DNA from: Utricularia gibba
Taxonomy: Eukaryota; Plantae; Magnoliophyta
Assembly (NCBI GenBank): GCA_002189035.1
Contig: NEEC01000276.1
Span: 1-16,458 of the forward strand
Length of the DNA: 16,458 nt
Direction of reading: 5' to 3'
This document shows, piece by piece, positions 1-12,200 of this stretch; position 1 is the first letter of the stretch; each line of letters begins with the position of its first letter. The position numbers and the translations under genes were made by a program. Below the pieces are notes generated by a model that was not told the origin of the DNA, made no database searches, and saw only the letters and a program-made list of their open reading frames with translations.

Positions 1-3000
1 ATCACTTTATTTTCCGAGCTACAACTAACTCTCGGCGCAAGCCAAACTTGACCTTTCCCGTTCCAGGTGCACCCCAAGACGCCTCCTCAAGTATAAAGTA
101 AGTTGTTGAAAAATCATGTAGGGTGCACGTGATATCGTAATTTAAACAAAGGCATCATTTTCTTTAATCGATTTCCATCCGGTTGACCTCACGAGCCATA
201 CATAATCGGGGTCAAGGACCAAGTTCCCAGCGAGACTCGCCCGCCACAAAACGAGAAGCTGTTCCTTGAAAAACCATGTAGGCAGCCCCAAAAACTGAAC
301 GTTAATAAATAAATCACTTTATTTTCCGAGGTACAACTAACTATCGCGCAAGCCAAACCTGACCTTTGTCCCGTTCTAGGTGCACTCCAAGACCGCTCCT
401 CAAGTATAAAGCAAGTTGTTGAAAAAATCATGTGGGGTGCACGTGATATCGTAATTTAAACAAAGGCATCATTTTTTAATCAATTTGCATCCGGTTGACC
501 TCATGAGCAATACATAATCGGGGTCAAGGACCAAGTTCCCAGCGAGACTGGCCGCCACAAAACGAGAAGCTGTTCCTTGAAAAACCATGTAGGCATCCCC
601 CCAAAACTGAACGTTAATAAATACATCACTTTATTTTCCGAGCTACAACTAACTCTCAACGCAAGCCAAACCTGACCTTTGTCCCGTTCTAGGTGCACCC
701 AAGACCGCCTCCTCAAGTATAAGTAAGTTGTTGAAAAAATCATGTGGGGTGCACGTGATATCGTAATTTAAACAAAGGCAACATTTTTTTTAATCGATTT
801 GCATCGGTTGACCTCATGAGCGATACAGAATCGGGGTCAAGGACCAACTTCCAGCGAGATGGCCACCACAAACGAGAAGCGGTTCCTTGAAAAACCATGT
901 AGGCAGCCCCGAAAACTGAACGTTAATAAATACATCACTTTATTTGCCGTGTACAACTAACTCTCGGCGCAAGCCAAACCTGACCTTTGTCCCGTTCCAG
1001 GTGCACCCCAAGACCGCCTCCACAAGTATAAAGCAAGTTGTTGAAAAAATCATGTGGGTGCACGTGATATCGTAATTTAAACAAGGCATCATTTTTTTAA
1101 TCGATTTGCATCCGGTTGACCTCATGAGCCATACAAATCGGGGTCAAGGACCAAGTTCCCAGCGAGACTGGCCGCCACAAACGAGAAGCTGTTCCTTGAA
1201 AAACCATGTAGGCAGCCCCCAAAACTGAACGTTAATAAATACATCACTTTATTTGCCGAGCTACAACTAACTCTCGGCGCAAGCCAAACCTGACCTTTGT
1301 CCGTTCCAGGTGCACCCCAAGACCGCCCCAAGTATAAAGCAAGTTGTTGAAAAAATCATGTGGGGTGCACGTGATATCGTAATTTAAACAAAGGCATCAT
1401 TTTTTTAATCGATTTGCATCCGGTTGACCTCATGAGCCATACAGAATCGGGTCAAGGACCAAGTTCCCAGCGAGACTGGCCGCCACAAAACGAGAAGCTG
1501 TTCCTTGAAAAACCATGTAGGCAGCCCCAAAACTGAACGTTAATAAATACATCACTTTATTTGCCGTGTACAACTAACTCTCGGCGCAAGCCAAACCTGA
1601 CCTTTGTCCCGTTCCAGGTGCACCCAAGACCGCCTCCACAAGTATAAAGCAAGTTGTTGAAAAAATCATGTGGGGTGCAATATTAAAAACAAAGGCATCA
1701 TTTTCTTTAATCGATACAGAATCGGGGTCAAGGACCAAGTTCCAGCGAGATTGGCCGCCACAAAACGAGAAGCTGTTCCTTGAAAAACCATGTAGGCAGC
1801 CCCAAAACTGAACGTTAATAAATACATCACTTTATTTGCCGTGTTACAACTAACTCTCGGCGCAAGCCAAACCTGACCTTTGTCCGTTCCAGGTGCACCC
1901 CAAGACCGCCTCCACAAGTATAAAGCAAGTTGTTGAAAAAATCATGTGGTGCACGTGATATCGTAATTTAAAAAAGCATCATTTTCTTTAATCGATTTCC
2001 ATCCGGTTGACCTCATGAGCCATACAGAATCGGGGTCAGGACCAAGTTCCAGCGAGACTGGCCGCCACAAAACGAGAAGCTGTTCTTGAAAAACCATGTA
2101 AGCCCCCAAAAACTGAACGTTAATAAATACATCACTTTATTTGCCGTGTTACAACTAACTCTCGGCGCAAGCCAAACCTGACCTTTGTCCCGTTCCAGGT
2201 GCACCCAAGACCGCCTCCAAGTATAAAGCAAGTTGTTGAAAAAATCATGTGGGGTGCACGTGATATCGTAATTTAAACAAAGGCATCATTTTCTTTAATC
2301 GATTTCCATCCGGTTGACCTCATGAGCCATACAGAATCGGGGTAAGGACCAAGTTCCCAGCGAGACTGGCCGCCACAAAACGAGAAGCTGTTCTTGAAAA
2401 ACCATGTAGGCAGCCCCAAAACTGAACGTTAATAAATACATCACTTTATTTTCCGACAACTAACTCTGGCGCAAGCCAAACCTGACCTTTGTCCCGTTCC
2501 AGGTGCACCCCAAGACCGCCTCCTCAAGTATAAAGTAAGTTGTTGAAAAAATCATGTGGGGTGCACGTGATATCGTAATTTAAACAAAGGCATCATTTTT
2601 TAATCGATTTGCATCCGGTTGACCTCATGAGCCATACATAATCGGGGTCAAGGACCAAGTTCCCAGCGAGACTGGCCGCCACAAAACGAGAAGCTGTTCC
2701 TTGAAAAACCATGTAGGCAGCCCCCAAAAACTGAACGTTAATAAATACATCACTTTATTTTCCGAGCTACAACTAACTCTCGGCAAGCCAAACCTGACCT
2801 TTGTCCCGTTCTAGGTGCACCCAAGACCGCCTCCTCAAGTATAAAGTAAGTTGTTGAAAAAATCATGTGGGGTGCACGTGATATCGTAATTTAAACAAAG
2901 GCATCATTTTCTTTAATCGATTTCCATCCGGTTGACCTCATGAGCATACAGAATCGGGGTCAAGGACCAAGTTCCCAGCGAGACTGGCCGCCACAAAAAC

Positions 3001-3999
3001 GAGAAGCTGTTCCTTGAAAAACCATGTAGGCAGCCCCCAAAAACTGAACGTTAATAAATACATCACTTTATTTTCCGAGCTACAACTAACTCTCGGCGCA
3101 AGCCAAACCTGACCTTTGTCCCGTTCTAGGTGCACCCCAAGACCGCCTCCTCAAGTATAAAGCAAGTTGTTGAAAAAATCATGTGGGTGCACGTGATATC
3201 GTAATTTAAACAAGCATCATTTTTTAATCGATTTGCATCCGGTTGACCTCATGAGCAATACAGAATCGGGGTCAAGGACCAAGTTCCCAGCGAGACTGGC
3301 CGCCACAAAACGAGAAGCTGTTCCTTGAAAAACCATGTAGGCAGCCCCAAAACTGAACGTTAATAAATACATCACTTTATTTTCCGAGCTACAACTAACT
3401 CTCGGCGCAAGCCAAACCTGACCTTTGTCCCGTTCTAGGTGCACCCCAAGACCGCCTCCTCAAGTATAAAGTAAGTTGTTGAAAAAATCATGTGGGGTGC
3501 ACGTGATATCGTAATTTAAACAAAGGCATCATTTTCTTTAATCGATTTCCATCCGGTTGACCTCATGAGCCATACAGAATCGGGGTCAAGGACCAAGTTC
3601 CCAGCGAGACTGGCCGCCACAAAACGAGAAGCTGTTCCTTGAAAAACCATGTAGGCAGCCCCAAAAACTGAACGTTAATAAATACATCACTTTATTTGCC
3701 GAGTTACAACTAACTCTCGCGCAAGCCAAACCTGACCTTTGTCCCGTTCCAGGTGCACCCCAAGACCGCCTCCTCAAGTATAAAGTAAGTTGTTGAAAAA
3801 ATCATGTGGGGTGCACGTGATATCGTAATTTAAACAAAGGCATCATTTTCTTTAATCGATTTCCATCCGGTTGACCTCATGAGCCATACAGAATCGGGGT
3901 CAAGGACCAAGTTCCCAGCGAGACTGGCCGCCACAAAACGAGAAGCTGTTCCTTGAAAAACCATGTAGGCAGCCCCCAAAACTGAACGTTAATAAATAC
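1..3999. repeat. Regular block 1: 13 consecutive monomers (one with an internal deletion)
   Basis: Anchor spacing is 305-315 bp, except 275 bp for the monomer at 1551-1825. Confidence 0.93.
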
Positions 4000-4099
4000 A
4001 TCACTTTATTTGCCGATTACAACTAACTCTCGCGCAAGCCAAACCTGACCTTTGTCCCGTTCCAGGTGCACCCAAGACCGCCTCCTCAAGTATAAAGTT

Positions 4100-7000
4100 C
4101 AAGTTGTTGAAAAAATCATGTGGGGGTGACCACGTGATATCAGTGAATTTAAACATCACTTTAGAGCATCCATTTTTCCCGTTAATCAGATTTTGCATCA
4201 CGGTTGTACACTCATGAGCCATGACATAATCGGGGTCAAGGACCAAGTTCCCAGCGAGACTGTGGCCGCCACAAACGAGAAGCCTGTTTCCTTCAAGAAA
4301 AAAGTTGTTGAAAAAATCATGTGGGGTGCACGTGATATCGTAATTTAAAAAAGGCATCATTTTTTTAATCGATTTCCCCCTCATGAGCATACATAATCGG
4401 GGTCAAGGACCAAGTTCCCAGCGAGACTGGCCGCCACAAAACGAGAAGCTGTTCCTTGAAAAACCATGTAGGCAGCCCCCAAAACTGAACGTTAATAAAT
4501 ACATCACTTTATTTTCCGAGCTACAACTAACTCTCGCGCAAGCCAAACCTGACCTTTGTCCCGTTCTAGGTGCACCCCAAGACCGCCTCCTCAAGTATAA
4601 AGTAAGTTGTTGAAAAATCATGTGGGGTGCACGTGATATCGTAATTTAAACAAAGGCATCATTTTTTTAATCGCATCCGGTTGACCTCATGAGCATACAA
4701 ATCGGGGTCAAGGACCAAGTTCCCAGCGAGACTGGCCGCCACAAAACGAGAAGCTGTTCCTTGAAAAACCATGTAGGCAGCCCCAAAACTGAACGTTAAT
4801 AAATACATCACTTTATTTTCCGAGCTACAACTAACTCTCGGCGCAAGCCAAACCTGACCTTTGTCCCGTTCTAGGTGCACCCAAGACCGCCTCCTCAAGT
4901 ATAAAGTAAGTTGTTGAAAAAATCATGTGGGGTGCACGTGATATCGTAATTTAAACAAAGGCATCATTTTTTTAATCGATTTGCATCTAATGAGCTCTCG
5001 GCGCCAAGCCAAACGAGAAGCTGACCTGTTGAACGTCATCACGTGTTACTAACTCTCGGCGCAAGCCAAACCTGACCTTTGTCCCGTTCCACACCCCAAG
5101 ACCGCCTCCCAAGTATAAAGCAAGTTGTTGAAAAAATCATGTGGGGTGCACGTGATATCGTAATTTAAAGAAAGGCATCATTTTCTTTAATCGATTTCCA
5201 TCCGGTTGACCTCATGAGCCATACAGAATCGGGGTCCAGGACCAAGTTCCAGCAGCGACTGGCCGCCGCCACAACGAAAGGACCAAGTAGCCCCCAAAAA
5301 AACCCAGCGAGTGGCCCCACAAAACGAAATAAGCATGTTCACTTGAATTTAAACCATGAGGCACCAACCCAACCAACTGAACGTTAAGCCAAACCATCAC
5401 TTTATTTGACAACTAACTCTGGCGCAAGCCAAACCTGACCTTTGTCCCGTTCCAGGTGCACCCAAGACCGCCTCCTCAAGTATAAAGTAAGTTGTTGAAA
5501 AAATCATGTGGGGTGCACGTGATATCGTAATTTAAACAAAGGCATCATTTTTCTTAATCGATTTCATCGGTTGACCTCATGAGCCATACATAATCGGGGT
5601 CAAGGACCAAGTTCCCAGCGAGACTGGCCGCCACAAAACGAGAAGCTGTTCCTTGAAAAACCATGTAGGCAGCCCCAAAAACTGAACGTTAATAAATACA
5701 TCACTTTATTTTCCGAGCTACAACTAACTCTCGGCGCAAGCCAAACCACCTTATATCCCGTGATCTAAACAAAGGCATCATTTTCTTTAATCGATTTCCA
5801 TCCGGTTGACCTCATGAGCCATACAGAATCCTCGTAAGGAAAGTTAAGAGCGTGGAACAAAACATGTGGGGTGCACGTGATATCGTAATTTAAACAAAGG
5901 CATCATTTTTTTAATCGATTTGCATCCGGTTGACCTCATGAGCAACATACATGTGTCAAGTAGCAGCCCCCGTGAACGTTAATAAATACATCACTTTATT
6001 TGCGAGTTGACAAAACCTCTCTAGCGCAAGCCCCCAAAACTGAACGTTAATAAATACATCACTTTATTTGACCTTTGTCCAGGTGCACCCCAAGACCGCC
6101 TCCACAAGTATAAAGCAAGTTGTTGAAAAAATCATGTGGGGTGCGCAAGACCACCTCGTGATAAAGTAAGTTGTTGAGTGATGAAGACGTCCACAAGTAT
6201 AAAGAAGTTGTTGAAAAAATCATGTGGGGTGCACGTGATATCGTAATTTAAACAAAGGCATCATTTTTTTAATCGATTTCCCGGTTGACCTCATGAGCCA
6301 TACAGAATCGGGGTCAAGGACCAAGTTCCAGCGAGACTGGCCGCCACAAAACGAGAAGCGTTCCTTGAAAAACCATGTAGGCAGCCCCCACTGGCCGTTA
6401 ATGTACAAGTTCACAAGCGAGGCACCCCCAAAAACGAGAAGCTGTAATAAAAAACCATGCCGAGCTACAACTAACTCTCGGCGCAAGCCAAACCTGACCT
6501 TTGTCCCGTTCTAGGTGCACCCCAAGACCGCCTCCTCAAGTATAAAGTAAGTTGTTGAAAAAATCATGTGGGGTGCACGTGATATCGTAATTTAAACAAA
6601 GGCATCATTACTTTAATCGATTTCCATCCGGTTGACCTCATGAGCCATACAGAATCGGGGTCAAGGACCAAGTTCCCAGCGAGACTGGCCGCCGCACAAA
6701 ACGAGAAGCTGTTCCTTGAAAAACCATGTAGGCAGCCCCCAAAACTGAACGTTAATAAATACATCACTTTATTTGCCGTGTTACAACTAACTCTAGGCGC
6801 AAGCCAAACCTGACCTTTGTCCCGTTCCAGGTGCACCCCAAGACCGCCTCCTCAAGTATAAAGTAAGTTGTTGAAAAAATCATGTGGGTGCACGTGATAT
6901 CGTAATTTAAACAAAGGCATCATTTTTTTAATCGATTTCCATCCGGTTGACCTCACGAGCATACATAATCGGGGTCAAGGACCAAGTTCCCAGCGAGACT

Positions 7001-9248
7001 GGCCGCCACAAAACGAGAAGCTGTTCCTTGAAAAACCATGTAGGCAGCCCCAAAAACTGAACGTTAATAAATACATCACTTTATTTTCCGAGCTACAACT
7101 AACTCTCGGCGCAAGCCAAACCTGACCTTTGTCCCGTTCCAGGTGCACCCCAAGACCGCATGAGCCAATAGAATCGGGGAGCAAGGACCAAGTTCCAGTT
7201 GAAAAACCATCATGAAAACGAGGCTGTTCCTTGAAAGTGATATCATGTAATTTAAACAAGGCATCAGTTTTTTTAATCGATTTGCATCCGGTTGACCTCA
7301 TGAGCAATACATAATCGGGTCAAGGACCAAGTTCCCAGCGAGACTGGCCGCCACAAAACGAGAAGCTGTTCCTTGAAAAACCATGTAGGCAGCCCCCAAA
7401 ACTGAACGTTAATAAATACATCACTTTATTTCCGAGCTACAACTAAATCTCGCGCAAGCCAAACCTGACCTTTGTCCCGTTCTAGGTGCACCCAAGACCG
7501 CCTCCCAAGTATAAAGTAAGTTGTTGAAAAAATCATGTGGGGTGCACGTGATATCGTAATTTAAACAAAGGCATTTGTTTTCCGTTGAATCGATTCACCC
7601 CAAGATTGGCCGCCTCCTCATGAGTACAAAGAAGTCAAAAAACCAAGTTGTGGGGTGCACGTGATATCGTAATTTAAAACAGACATCCGGCCGCCACAAA
7701 TCTTTAGATCTGTTCCTTGAAAAACCATGTAGGCAGCCCCCAAAAACTGAACGTTAATAAATACATCACTTTCTTTGCGAGCTACAACTAACTCTCGGCG
7801 CAAGCCAAACCTGACCTTTGTCCCGTTCTAGGTGCACCCCAAGACCGCCTCCACAAGTATAAAGCAAGTTGTTGAAAAAATCATGTGGGTGCACGTGATA
7901 TCGTAATTTAAAGAAAGGCATCATTTTTTAATCGTTTCCATCCGGTTGACCTCATGAGCATACAGAATCGGGGTCAGGACCAAGTTCCCAGCGAGACTGG
8001 CCGCCACAAAACGAGAAGCTGTTCTTGAAAAACCATGTAGGTAGCCCCCAAAACTGAACGTTAATAAATACATCACTTTATTTGCCGTGTTACAACTAAC
8101 TCTAGGCGCAAGCCAAACCTGACCTTTGTCCCGTTCCAGGTGCACCCAAGACCGCCTCCACAAGTATAAAGCGTTAAGTTGCAATACAAAAAATCATTTA
8201 TTTGCCGGGGTACACGTGACTATCGTAATTTAAGAACAGGCATTTGTCCCGTTCTTGCACCCCAAGACCGCCTCGATTTCCATCCGATTTGCATTACAGA
8301 ATCGGGGTCAAGGACCAAGTTCCCAGCGAGACTGGCCGCCACCTGTAGGCAGGTGCACCCCAAGACCGCCTCCTCAAGTATAAAGTAAGTTGTTGAAAAA
8401 ATCATGTGGGGTGCACGTGATATCGTAATTTAAACAAAGGCATCATTTTTTTAATCGATTTGCATCCGGACCAAGAACGTTAATAAATACATCACTTAAC
8501 TCCCAGTGATATCGAGACTGGCCGCCACAAAACGAGAAGCTGTTCCTTGAAAAACCATGTAGGCAGCCCCCAAAAACTGAACGTTAATAAATACATCACT
8601 TTATTTGCCGAGCTACAACCAAACCTGACCTTTGTCCCGTTCTAGGTGCCCCAAGACCGCCTCCTCAAGTATAAAGTAAGTTGTTGAAAAAATCATGTGG
8701 GTGCACGTGATATCTCGGCGAGCTACAACTAACTCTCGCAACCCCAAGACCGCCTCCTCAAGTATAAAGCATGTGGGTGCACATAACCTTCCCAGCGAGA
8801 CTGGCCGCCACAAAACGAGAAGCTGTTCCTTGAAAAACCATGTAGGCAGCCCCCAAAAACTGAACGTTAATAAATACATCACTTTATTTTCCGAGCTACA
8901 ACTAACTCTCGGCGCAAGCCAAACCTGACCTTTGTCCCGTTCTAGGTGCACCCCAAGACCGCCTCCTCAAGTATAAAGTAAGTTGTTGAAAAAATCATGT
9001 GGGGTGCACGTGATATCGTAATTTAAACAAAGGCATCATTTTCTTTAATCGATTTCAAGGACCAAGTTCCCAGCGAGACTGGCCGCCACAAAACGAGAAG
9101 CTGTTCCTTGATCAGCCCCCAAAACTGAACGTTAATAAATACATCACTTTATTTTCCGAGCTACAACTAACTCTCGGCGCAAGCCAAACCTTGACCTGTT
9201 CCTTGAAAAACCATGTAGGCAGCCCCAAAACTGAACGTTAATAAATAC
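4100..9248. repeat. Disordered part of the array: intact monomers interleaved with scrambled, truncated or duplicated monomer fragments
   Basis: Anchor spacing becomes irregular (for example 4000 to 4503, 5990 to 6058, 9143 to 9249). Out-of-order monomer motifs occur at ~4120-4310, 4985-5050, 5250-5410, 5745-6230, 6385-6465, 7158-7250, 7573-7710, 8172-8360, 8469-8515, 8715-8790 and 9055-9200. Confidence 0.85.
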
Positions 9249-12200
9249 ATCACTTTATTTGCCGAGCTACAACTAACTCTCGGCGCAAGCCAAACCTGAC
9301 CTTTGTCCCGTTCCAGGTGCACCCCAAGACCGCCTCCTCAAGTATAAAGCAAGTTGTTGAAAAAATCATGTGGGGTGCACGTGATATCGTAATTTAAACA
9401 AGGCATCATTTTTTTAATCGATTTGCATCCGGTTGACCTCATGAGCCATACAGAATCGGGGTCAAGGACCAAGTTCCCAGCGAGACTGGCCGCCACAAAA
9501 CGAGAAGCTGTTCCTTGAAAAACCATGTAGGCAGCCCCAAAAACTGAACGTTAATAAATACATCACTTTATTTCCGAGCTACAACTAACTCTCGGCGCAA
9601 GCCAAACCTGACCTTTGTCCCGTTCCAGGTGCACCCAAGACCGCCTCCTCAAGTATAAAGCAAGTTTTGAAAAAATCATGTGGGTGCACGTGATATCGTA
9701 ATTTAAACAAAGGCATCATTTTTTTAATCGATTTGCATCCGGTTGACCTCATGAGCCATACAGAATCGGGTCAAGGACCAAGTTCCCAGCGAGACTGGCC
9801 GCCACAAAACGAGAAGCTGTTCCTTGAAAAACCATGTAGGCAGCCCCAAAACTGAACGTTAATAAATACATCACTTTATTTGCCGAGCTACAACTAACTC
9901 TCGGCGCAAGCCAAACCTGACCTTTGTCCCGTTCTAGGTGCACCCCAAGACCGCCTCCAAGTATAAAGTAAGTTGTTGAAAAAATCATGTGGGGTGCACG
10001 TGATATCGTAATTTAAACAAAGGCATCATTTTTTTAATCGATTTGCATCCGGTTGACCTCATGAGCATACAGAATCGGGGTCAAGGACCAAGTTCCCAGC
10101 GAGACTGGCCGCCACAAAACGAGAAGCTGTTCCTTGAAAAACCATGTAGGCAGCCCCAAAACTGAACGTTAATAAATACATCACTTTATTTCCGCTACAA
10201 CTAACTCTCGGCGCAAGCCAAACCTGACCTTTGTCCCGTTCCAGGTGCACCCCAAGACCGCCTCCACAAGTATAAAGCAAGTTGTTGAAAAAATCATGGG
10301 GTGCACGTGATATCGTAATTTAAACAAAGGCATCATTTTCTTTAATCGATTTCCATCCGGTTGACCTCATGAGCCATACAGAATCGGGGTCAAGGACCAA
10401 GTTCCCAGCGAGACTGGCCGCCACAAAACGAGAAGCTGTTCCTTGAAAAACCATGTAGGCAGCCCCCAAAAACTGAACGTTAATAAATACATCACTTTAT
10501 TTTCCGAGCTACAACTAACTCTCGGCGCAAGCCAAACCTGACCTTTGTCCCGTTCAGGTGCACCCCAAGACCGCCTCCTCAAGTATAAAAAGTTGTTGAA
10601 AAAATCATGTGGGGTGCACGTGATATCGTAATTTAAAAAAGGCATCATTTTCTTTAATCGATTTGCATCCGGTTGACCTCATGAGCCATACAGAATCGGG
10701 GTCAAGGACCAAGTTCCCAGCGAGACTGGCCGCCACAAAACGAGAAGCTGTTTCTTGAAAAACCATGTAGGCAGCCCCAAAACTGAACGTTAATAAATAC
10801 ATCACTTTATTGCCGAGCTACAACTAACTCTCGGCGCAAGCCAAACCTGACCTTTGTCCCGTTCCAGGTGCACCCCAAGACCGCCTCCTCAAGTATAAAG
10901 TAAGTTGTTGAAAAAATCATGTGGGTGCACGTGATATCGTAATTTAAACAAAGGCATCATTTTCTTTAATCGATTTGCATCCGGTTGACCTCATGAGCCA
11001 TACAGAATCGGGGTCAAGGACCAAGTTCCCAGCGAGACTGGCCGCCACAAAACGAGAAGCTGTTCCTTGAAAAACCATGTAGGCAGCCCCCAAAAACTGA
11101 ACGTTAATAAATACATCACTTATTTTCCGAGCTACAACTAACTCTCGCGCAAGCCAAACCTGACCTTTGTCCCGTTCTAGGTGCACCCCAAGACCGCCTC
11201 CTCAAGTATAAAGTAAGTTGTTGAAAAAATCATGTGGGGTGCACGTGATATCGTAATTTAAACAAAGGCATCATTTTCTTTAATCGATTTCCATCCGGTT
11301 GACCTCATGAGCCATACAGAATCGGGGTCAAGGACCAAGTTCCCAGCGAGACTGGCCGCCACAAAACGAGAAGCTGTTCCTTGAAAAACCATGTAGGCAG
11401 CCCCCAAAACTGAACGTTAATAAATACATCACTTTATTTTCCGAGCTACAACTAACTCTCGGCGCAAGCCAAACCTGACCTTTGTCCCGTTCTAGGTGCA
11501 CCCCAAGACCGCCTCCTCAAGTATAAAGTAAGTTGTTGAAAAATCATGTGGGGTGCACGTGATATCGTAATTTAAACAAAGGCATCATTTTTTTAATCGA
11601 TTTGCATCCGGTTGACCTCATGAGCATACATAATCGGGGTCAAGGACCAAGTTCCCAGCGAGACTGGCCGCCACAAAACGAGAAGCTGTTCCTTGAAAAA
11701 CCATGTAGGCAGCCCCCAAAACTGAACGTTAATAAATACATCACTTTATTTCCGAGCTACAACTAACTCTCGGCGCAAGCCAAACCTGACCTTTGTCCCG
11801 TTCTAGGTGCACCCCAAGACCGCCTCCTCAAGTATAAAGTAAGTTGTTGAAAAAATCATGTGGGGTGCACGTGATATCGTAATTTAAACAAAGGCATCAT
11901 TTTTTTAATCGATTTGCATCCGGTTGACCTCATGAGCATACATAATCGGGGTCAAGGACCAAGTTCCCAGCGAGACTGGCCGCCACAAAACGAGAAGCTG
12001 TTTCCTTGAAAAACCATGTAGGCAGCCCCCAAAAACTGAACGTTAATAAATACATCACTTTATTTCCGAGCTACAACTAAACTCGGCGCAAGCCAAACCT
12101 GACCTTTGTCCCGTTCTAGGTGCACCCCAAGACCGCCTCCACAAGTATAAAGTAAGTTGTTGAAAAAATCATGTGGGGTGCACGTGATATCGTAATTTAA

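Noticed and set aside
5745-6230. Possible foreign insertion or transposon footprint in the most degenerate stretch (e.g. CTCGTAAGGAAAGTTAAGAGCGTGGAAC at ~5830)
   Set aside because: The non-matching pieces are under ~40 bp and interleaved with monomer words. There are no terminal repeats, target-site duplication or coding remnants. Noise or scrambling explains them better.
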